The position numbers and the translations under genes are program-made. This document shows, one piece after another, positions 55,508 to 64,000 of a stretch of DNA of 64,000 nucleotides; position 1 is the first letter of the stretch, and each line of letters begins with the position of its first letter. The notes under the pieces were generated by a model. The model was not told the origin of the DNA and made no database searches. It saw nothing but the letters and a program-made list of their open reading frames with translations. Source of the stretch: Eledone cirrhosa. Taxonomy: Eukaryota. The stretch lies in assembly GCA_964016885.1 (NCBI GenBank), contig OZ024741.1:124248001-124312000 (forward strand), read 5' to 3'.

Positions 55508-57166
55508 AGTATATGTTGGTTGTTTACCGACACCTCACTATGCAGATTGGAGCACTCGACAAAGTACGCAGGTAGGTTTGTTTACTCTGGAATGTAAAAT
55601 AAGTAAGCCAAACATGCAAAATTTGGCTTCGTTTGTTATAAATTATAAACTTTCTGCTATATATATTTCGGTGACAGCTAGATGGTTTCAAATCAACTCA
55701 ATTTCCAGACAAATACAACACCAATATTTATACCGTAAATCTGAAATCCAAAGAAACTGATCTTGTTCTGCAACGAAACCAATAAATCCATAGGAGAGTT
55801 CATGGAACTCTTTGATCAATTCAGATGACGTGAGATCTGATGACTCTAACGTTCTGTATTTTTTATATTTGTTTGAATTAGAAAGATAGATAGACTAGGA
55901 ATGGAGTTGGAATTTTCTAAAATTTTCTGCACATAAAACAATGCTTTTACAAAACTTTATTTCTAACAGTCTACCTTCTCTTGTGTTTGAACAAGGGAAA
56001 TAGACTAAGAATATTGTATGCAATAACGTGCAATTGTTTGTACATCCATGATCAGAGCTCCAACATGGCCGTTGTCTAATTAGTGGAACCAGTGAAACTA
56101 TAAAATAACATGAAATAGTGGTTTTGTAACGGTTTAGGTTATGTGGACAGGAATGTTGTGGAAAGAGATGAAGAGGAGAAGCAGAATTAAAGGTTCGTGT
56201 CTCTAATTGGTTATTAGAAGGCAGTTTGAGAGGTCAATTAATTTATATTAGTGTCGATTGAAGTTAAGGATTGCTGATTAATACATAATCTCTAGGGTTG
56301 AATTGTCTGGTGATATTTGTAAATATCTGTTGTGAAATGATGTGATAAAATCTAAAATCAGTGAGAGTCGATAACGGCCTGTACCGAAACCAATTATTCC
56401 ACATGAAAGATCATGAAGCAGTTTGATCGGTTCGGATGTTGTAAGGTTTCACGGATTTATTGTTTTGTTTACTTTTTCATTTTAGTGAGTAAAAGGTAGA
56501 AACAAATTGATATTATAAAGTTGTCTGAAGGGAATTGCGTATTGATTAGGGTATTGGACTCCCAATATTAATGCTGTATATTCAGTCCTGGACTAGACGA
56601 TGCGATTATTTTTGTTATGGAACTGGGACACCTATCATTGAAAAACCTTAGAGATTCAGACTCGTAGGAGGCCAGCATGGCTGGCAGAGGTGTTTATGAA
56701 TTTTCATTCATTTCTCTTCTACATAAATCAATGGATTCATAATACTCCCTGTTATAAAATCTGTTATTTAGAATCTTTAATATTTACAGCCAGGTTAAAT
56801 GTTAAGTATTTTTAGCAGCGACTACTTCTGATCTTAAGTTTTGAAAAACAAACAAACATAAAGGTTATAACAAAAATAAATTGAAATAATGATTAAATAC
56901 AATATTGCTAACAATAGAAACTTGTTATGAAACATATTTCTGAAATTGTTGAAGCAATCAATCTAGAAATAACTTATTTCCATTGATCTTAAAATTCAAT
57001 TTAATTTGAAAATAATTCATCTTTTTGAGAGGTGATTTGCTCATACACTTATAAACTGTTCGAAAAATTTCGAAAAATAGTGTAAGGCTGAATGCATCGG
57101 TGAGACTAGAAAAAATAAAATTTTACTAGAAACAGTAGCAAAATAGAAAATAAGCACCTGTTATGC

Positions 57167-57235
<69 letters not shown>

Positions 57236-57239
<4 letters not shown>

Positions 57240-57627
57240 GCTCCCACAGGAGCACTGAGTGCAATGTCAACTCTGGATGTCGCTGAGCATGTCCAGCTAG
57301 CCTCAGTCTCCTTTGTGTCACTTTTGAGCTGACTTTTGGGAGGCTCCCATACAGCTCTGAGTTTTTCATCCTCAGTGTATACTGATTAATGTTCAGAGCC
57401 ATCCTCAGCATTCTCGTGTAGCACCCATGCACCATCTGAGTGAGTTTCTTGGTCAGTGTCCAAGTCTCAATCCCATACAGCAGCACAGACTCCACTACAG
57501 CAATGAAGAGGCGGATTTTCAGGTCTTTACGAACACTGGAAGAGGAATACCAAGGTTAACGTATGTTGATGCCCTAAGGATAGACACTGGTCTGTTGGAG
57601 ACGCAGGACATGGCTAAAATCTTATAA
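57236..57627. pseudogene. RTE/RTE-X-like LINE C-terminal fragment with 5' inversion
   Basis: Minus 57236-57535: ESVLLYGIETWTLT..RMLRMAL..RRLRLAGH..LLWEP. Plus 57538-57627: GRGIPRLTYVDALRIDTGL. Confidence 0.8.
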
Positions 57628-58359
57628 TTGTAAGTTGTTTCCTTGTAGATTTATTTTGCTTTGTTTTTATAATTCAAGCTGAATATTATTTGACTTTCTA
57701 CAACAATGGTGACGTATATGTGAAGTTGTGGTTGCCAGATATAAAAGTTTATGATGGCAATGTGCACTATTAAACGAAAATGGGCATTAAAATATTTTAA
57801 GAAAATATTCAAGACATAACATATAAATGTTATGATATTCATAAAGTAATGTTAAGGTGAAGTAGTCTTGCAAGTGCTTTAGAATACGAAGATATTCTAC
57901 TCTATCTAGCCATAATCATAGAAATAAAATGTAAACATTAGAAATAAAGAAAATGGGAAGCCATATTTTGAAAACGATCTTTACATGACTACATTAATTC
58001 TATCACAGTGAAATAGCATAAATATGTTGGCGGTACATAGTGTTTATCCTAGACTAAATACGTATGTACGGTAGCATGAAAAAACGGACATTAAACGATG
58101 ACGACGATGATGTTGATGATGATGATTTATACTTATATATGAATACCGGTTGACTTAAGAAGCAAAATTGAAAAGATTTGAAATGTGTGCGTCACAAAGC
58201 AAATGTCCAACATAAAGGTCGATCATTTAAGATTTGGTAATCTACATCTTGGAGAAATTTAGCCCCATATTTCTTGGGGCTTTATTCGTCGCTAGCATCT
58301 CCACATATTTCAGTTTTTTACCCAATTTTTGCAATCGTTATTAATCAATTATTATTATT

Positions 58360-58530
58360 CGGTAGAGGGTCGGACGCCATGCTTTCCAGCATAGTTACGT
58401 CCGTTTACGATCTGAGTTCAAATCCCGCCGAGGTTGACTTTGCCTTTCATCCTTACGGGGTCGATAAAATAAAGTACCAGTAATGTACTGGATAATTGCT
58501 GGCCTTGTGCCTAAAGTAGAAACAATTATT
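58360..58530 (+). mobile_element. SINE, same family as 10750-10940
   Basis: GAGTTCAAATCCCGCCGAGGTTGACTTTGCCTTTCATCCTTACGGGGTCGATAAAATAAAGTACC. Confidence 0.75.
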
Positions 58531-58604
58531 AGGGTTATTTATGTTTGGATCCAAACATTACATATACATACATATATGTATATATATTTGGGTGTGAGAG
58601 AATT

Positions 58605-58635
<31 letters not shown>

Positions 58636-58838
58636 GTGGGGGTCTGTGTGTGTGTGTGTGTGTGTACGAGTCCGTACAGATATACGTGCGTATATATGTG
58701 TATATCTATAAATATATATGTACGTACACTATGTATCTATCTATCTCGCCCCCTCACCCTCTCTCTCTCTCTTTCTCTTTCTCTCTCTCTCTACACGCAC
58801 ACGCATATATATATCTGCATGTGTGTGTGTGTGTATAG

Positions 58839-59294
58839 TAACTAAATAAATAATCTATTAAACAGAGCTAAGTCCATAATGTAAGTTTGAAGAAACAATA
58901 GATAAATGTTTACCAATATTCCCCTAGGCCCGACTCTCGACAGTTTCACTTGTAATATGTGGAAACGTATAAGTGTTGCATTATCCACGAGGCTTCAATC
59001 TTATCAAAAGATTCCCTCAGTTAGGACCGGTTGTTTCCTAAGTGATCGCTACCAGTAACAAATTCGAAATGGATGAAGATTATCCGGTGACTAGCAGTCA
59101 CGATAGAAGTATTGTGAAGGATAGATTTGTGGTCAGTAAATTCATTTCTAGAAGAAGCACTTAGTTACCGCTTAAATTTACTCAACCGTAAGGGAGTTAG
59201 AGGGGCTAGAGGAATATTGGTAAATGTTTACCTATCATTTTTTTAAACTTACATTTTAAACTTAGCTGCGTTTAATTGATTATTTATTTAGTTA
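58839..59294. mobile_element. MITE-like element with ~90-bp imperfect TIRs
   Basis: TAACTAAATAAATAATC...TTTACCAATATTCC vs GGAATATTGGTAAA...GATTATTTATTTAGTTA. Confidence 0.7.
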
Positions 59295-59359
59295 ATATCT
59301 ACGGACTGAGGACAAAAAGTAGGTACATTTTATCTGCTTGTCCTTCATACTTATAATTT

Positions 59360-59434
<75 letters not shown>

Positions 59435-60844
59435 GGGATAAGGTTCTTTTCTTTTTTTTTACAAAAATTATTCGTACGATAATAAATTTTGTATAAGCGA
59501 GAAGAATTTTCCATGTGTGGACATCAGCATTTATCTTTCGTTAATTTGAGGTCAGGAACTGTTCACTCTTTACCATGCAGTCTTAATATTATACTGCTCA
59601 ATAAGTTCTATCTTGTATGTTTATTCAGGTGTTTTCTCGCAGCATATCTTAGCATTTGCAATTCAATCATCAATTTCCTTTTTTCTTCTATTTTATATAA
59701 TTTGACCTCCGTGAATCGCTAAAGGCCACGAAAGGACCCCAGTGTATTTTGTTTGTGGCTATGTATATATATCTACCCTTCACCAGGTATGTTGCCCACG
59801 TCGTTGAGTCTTTTCGTCTGAATACGCCACAGTTTTTGGATTGCGTGTATCAACCATTCTTTATATATATATATATATATATATATAGTATTAAGGATAC
59901 TATTTATGGTTATGTATGTAATAAAACCTTTTATGATTATATCTTTTTTATATATAAACCCCAAATAGTGAAAGATAGTCATTCATTACTATCTTATTAT
60001 GGGTCAATATATGCATATGTTTTTATATGTCTCTTGTATTGAAAAGGAGATCAAGTATGTTATAGATCACGAAATAGTTGCTCCGAAGAATCCAAATCTC
60101 GGTTTGTAGGAAACAATTGTAAGCAAATAAATGATTTAAACTGAACTTTGATTATTGTAATCTCTCTCTCTATATATATATGTGTGTGTGTGATATATAT
60201 ATATATGAGGGTAAAAACCTCCTTCGTTCATGATTGGCCATGGACTTTGCACTTAGAAGTTTCCACTCGAGCGCAAAAGTCTGTAGAATGTGTTTTGTGG
60301 GAGACCTGCAATCGCTCAGGCAAACTATTTTCTCATTTCTTCTCTCCACGTCACTGATGTTGTACAAGAGAAAGACACAGGCTGATACAGCTTGGCACCA
60401 GAGACGTCGCAAACCATTCTACGGATGAGTGGACTACAGAAAACACCACTGGAATAGGAACAGCCCGCAACTTAACGACTGAAGATAGAATAGAGAAAAA
60501 TAAAGACACAAATAGCAAAATAATAAACGATGCAACACGCAAACAAATAAAACGCACATAAACATGACAAACGCAAAATCACTGCACATACACACAGAGT
60601 CAAAAGCGCAGATGCAAACCCATTCGCAGACACGAATCACGTAAAATCCACCACAAAACAAAGACAAGATGGAGTCCATGAAAAAAGCACACAGAGGGTA
60701 ATCATTGAGGCAGTCACAAAATATATGGTAATAGAACTTTGGCAAACGAGCGAATAGCGAACAATAAATATAAAGAAAATGTGATAAGTATATGGTACGT
60801 GTGTTTTTGTCTAATTAACAATTTTGGCAATAGTAGCAACATGA

Positions 60845-61138
<294 letters not shown>

Positions 61139-61839
61139 TAACTTATGACAAAACTCAATATTTACACCTTAATATTGAGAACATAAGAAAACATAATACA
61201 ATCAATAGAGAGAGTGTGAGTAATATATTTTAAGAAATACATGGCATCAATATAACAGTTATAGAATTTTTAATATTTAAAAACTACTAGAAAAATATGA
61301 GGGAGAGGAAAGCATAGAGGAAGAAGTAGCTGATGTTATAACTTATTTAGTATTTAGCTTGAGAAGACAGATGAAAGATGATTAAAGAAAGTGATAGACA
61401 AAGGGGAGTAATGTATGCTCAAGTTTCTACACACAGATATTCATATATAGCATATTTGGCGGTTAATTTTCAAAACATTTAATTTATGTTATTTCAGGGT
61501 AAAGAATCAAATTTTAGGTTTTAAATGTTATTAGGTATTTGTATTAATATTATAATATAATTATGTTAAATTTCTAAAATTCAAATTTTATAAAGACAAA
61601 TTTAAAGGAGTTACGAAACCCGCGAAAGAAGGAAAATATACATATAATGTTCGATATCCAAAAAGATCATAGGGCATGCATATCTATCAAGTAAACAAGT
61701 TATCAAACAAGTGTCATTCATTCAGACATTAATTACATTATAAATGATTAGAAGATAAAGCATTATTAAAGTTTTATAAACCGTTATGACTTATATGTTC
61801 AACAGTTGATGATAGTCGTCGAAAATCAGACTTGATTGC

Positions 61840-63403
61840 TTACTGTTTTTTCCTGACCTTTTGCGAGGCTTGGAATGTAGACAAAGCTTTATGAAGGCAG
61901 TTTGAAAATAATTCACTTTTTTTATTAATTAAGTGTTCATGATTATTAATTATTAATAGGGTCTCCTTTGTACAGAGGCTGCAGTTAATTGATATTGTAG
62001 AGTTTATATAAACTCCACTATTACAAAGCTTCCTCCTAAAGATCGAGTATTTAAAATTGTTGTCCTTTAATGACCATGTAAGCTGTGACAAAGACGTCGA
62101 AGACTTCCTATTAGAATTCGAAAATGAGCATTTGTGATTCGCAAATCTTGCTTTAAATGTTGAAGAAGTTGCTCCTATGTAGTTGTATGTGTTGTTATTT
62201 GTTTTTACGGTGCATTTATACACCAAATTTCTATCCAAACAAATATTTTGCAGAGGGCAATCTGGTTTATTTCTGCAATTACATTTTGATTTATTATTAT
62301 TTATATTAACACTATTATTAATATCGTTATGTTGATTTTGATTTAGAATTTTACTGTTTATTTTAGCGATGTTTTGGGCTATATTCATAGTTGTAGAATA
62401 AGATAATTTAATAGTGTGTCTATTAAAAATGGAATGGTATTTATATTGACTAGGGAATGAACTATCCAAAGCTTTAAAAAATAGATAGGTTATTGGTGTT
62501 CTTACTGCTACAGAAGTAGGGGTGGGGGCAAACCATATAACTGATTTAGTTCTGGTTCTTTACCCCGATTTATTCATAGTACAGACGTTTGAATTATGAT
62601 TACTAGAATTTACAGAATTTCGTTTCTATATGCCATTACTTTTATCGGGATTAAAACTTGGATTATTATTGTCTATATATTCTATATTATTTTTATAACC
62701 TGCCTTTTTCAGCGCATCATTGTAATATCCTGCATTTTCATCAAATATTAATTTATTGGCAGAAATTCTATTAATGCGTTTTTGCACGCTATTTACAATT
62801 GCTTTTTTCACTGACTTAGGGTGGTTGGAGTAATAACTAACGTAATTTAAGTTTTCGTCGGGCTTGTGGAAAGGGTAATAAAAACCAGAGTTTAAGTTAA
62901 AGGTAACATCAAGGAAATTAACTATTTTGGTACCACATTCTACCTCTAGTTTAAGGTCGTAAATTTTAAAGAATTCAATTATATTTTTCTTTACTCTATT
63001 TAGTTCTATATTGTTGTGTTTAACTACCGTAAATAAAATATCGTCCCTTCATTGTCGAAGTTAATAAGAGTTCTTCTAGCAGTTAATATGATAGCAATTT
63101 CATCCGTAGTTAGATCAGTATGTTTGTAAGCGTATGATAAAGCCTTATTTAGTAGCTTGGGTGTTATGGAAGAGTAATAGCTTGTTATGTCCATCTAGAT
63201 GAATTTGCGGTTTTTCTTATCAGCTATATTCTTATACCATTCAATGACTTCGTTTGTATCCTTCCACAAGCTCAATTTAGACCTCAATTTCACAGTAGGC
63301 AGAATTCTATCAATAATATTTTTACTGATTACTCCAATATCCGATTTGGATGGAACAATCAGTCTAACTGGCAGGTCTTCCTGTGGATCATTCATGCGTT
63401 TGC

Positions 63404-63408
<5 letters not shown>
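61840..63408 (-). pseudogene. Naiad-type Penelope-like RT + GIY-YIG ORF, truncated and internally deleted
   Basis: VRLIVPSKSDIGVISK; DITSYYSSI; RDDIL; NFLDVT; SNHP; IFNRHTIKLSYS; CNCRNKPDCPL; YIGATSSTFKARFANH; CSLCTKE; SELFSNCLH. Stops and frameshifts present; RT motif B region missing near 63050. Confidence 0.88.
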
Positions 63409-63460
<52 letters not shown>

Positions 63461-64000
63461 CTCATTTTGAGATGGTTTGTGGAGACTCAGAAAGTTGGAT
63501 TTGCACTTTGTTTTTTATGTATATTTAACAAACCATAATAGCTGATTAATATTGGTCTATTTCTCCACTGAACTGGAGGTAAAACTACTAACAATTATTA
63601 TAATTATTTTTCTTTATTAAATGTATACCGTTTCATTAATACCTATTATATCTATATATAGTTTGTACAATTGTACAAATATCTTTATCGTAGTTACATT
63701 TATAAATAATTTAAACACTCAAATGACATTATTATAAGTGTTTGGTTTTCCCTGGAAGGCTGAACTTATATAATTATATAATCATTTACTTAATACAATA
63801 TATGAACAAATAATAAACTATAATCTTGGTATATTATGATCAATATGATATATATAGCTGAAAATTCTGACTTCTTTAAGTTTAATTATAAGACCTATTG
63901 ATACGTTAGGCACTCAAACTATTTAACAATAAATTCTTTAATAGTTATAACTATAAATATCTTATAAATTATATTATAGATTATAAGTAATTTTGGTAAA

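Noticed and set aside
60030-60460. HHR-like strings TTGAAAA..GAAA (~60040) and CGGATGA..GAAA (~60422)
   Set aside because: Core or stems incomplete.
61410-61479. Possible decayed U3-A8 HHR on the minus strand in the Naiad 3' region
   Set aside because: U16.1 is missing and stem II pairs poorly; cannot be separated from chance in AT-rich DNA.
61740-61840. SECIS element after the Naiad ORF (some Naiads encode selenoproteins)
   Set aside because: Only a vague hairpin without an intact AUGA/GA quartet; no convincing in-frame TGA seen.

Overview
AT-rich eukaryotic DNA full of (TA)n/(CA)n/(GA)n microsatellites. The SINE repertoire suggests a coleoid cephalopod such as Octopus (inference). No host gene can be supported. 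The window holds decayed retroelements: Penelope-like elements (one with a nearly intact RT + GIY-YIG ORF at 31.8-33.9 kb, plus several Naiad-type pieces), R4/Dong, CRE and RTE fragments, SINEs, MITE-like elements and a Helentron-like element. The main non-coding signal is a dense set of type I hammerhead ribozyme (HHR) motifs, about 30 copies from roughly ten unrelated repeat families, all folded by eye. The centrepiece is a 3.6-kb head-to-head palindrome of twelve 310-bp HHR-containing monomers (36347-39964), which looks like a retrozyme array. Two families carry a U3-A8 covariant catalytic core. Many HHR/pLTR fragments sit in (TA)n tracts as asymmetric head-to-head palindromes whose turn points lie in or beside the ribozyme.
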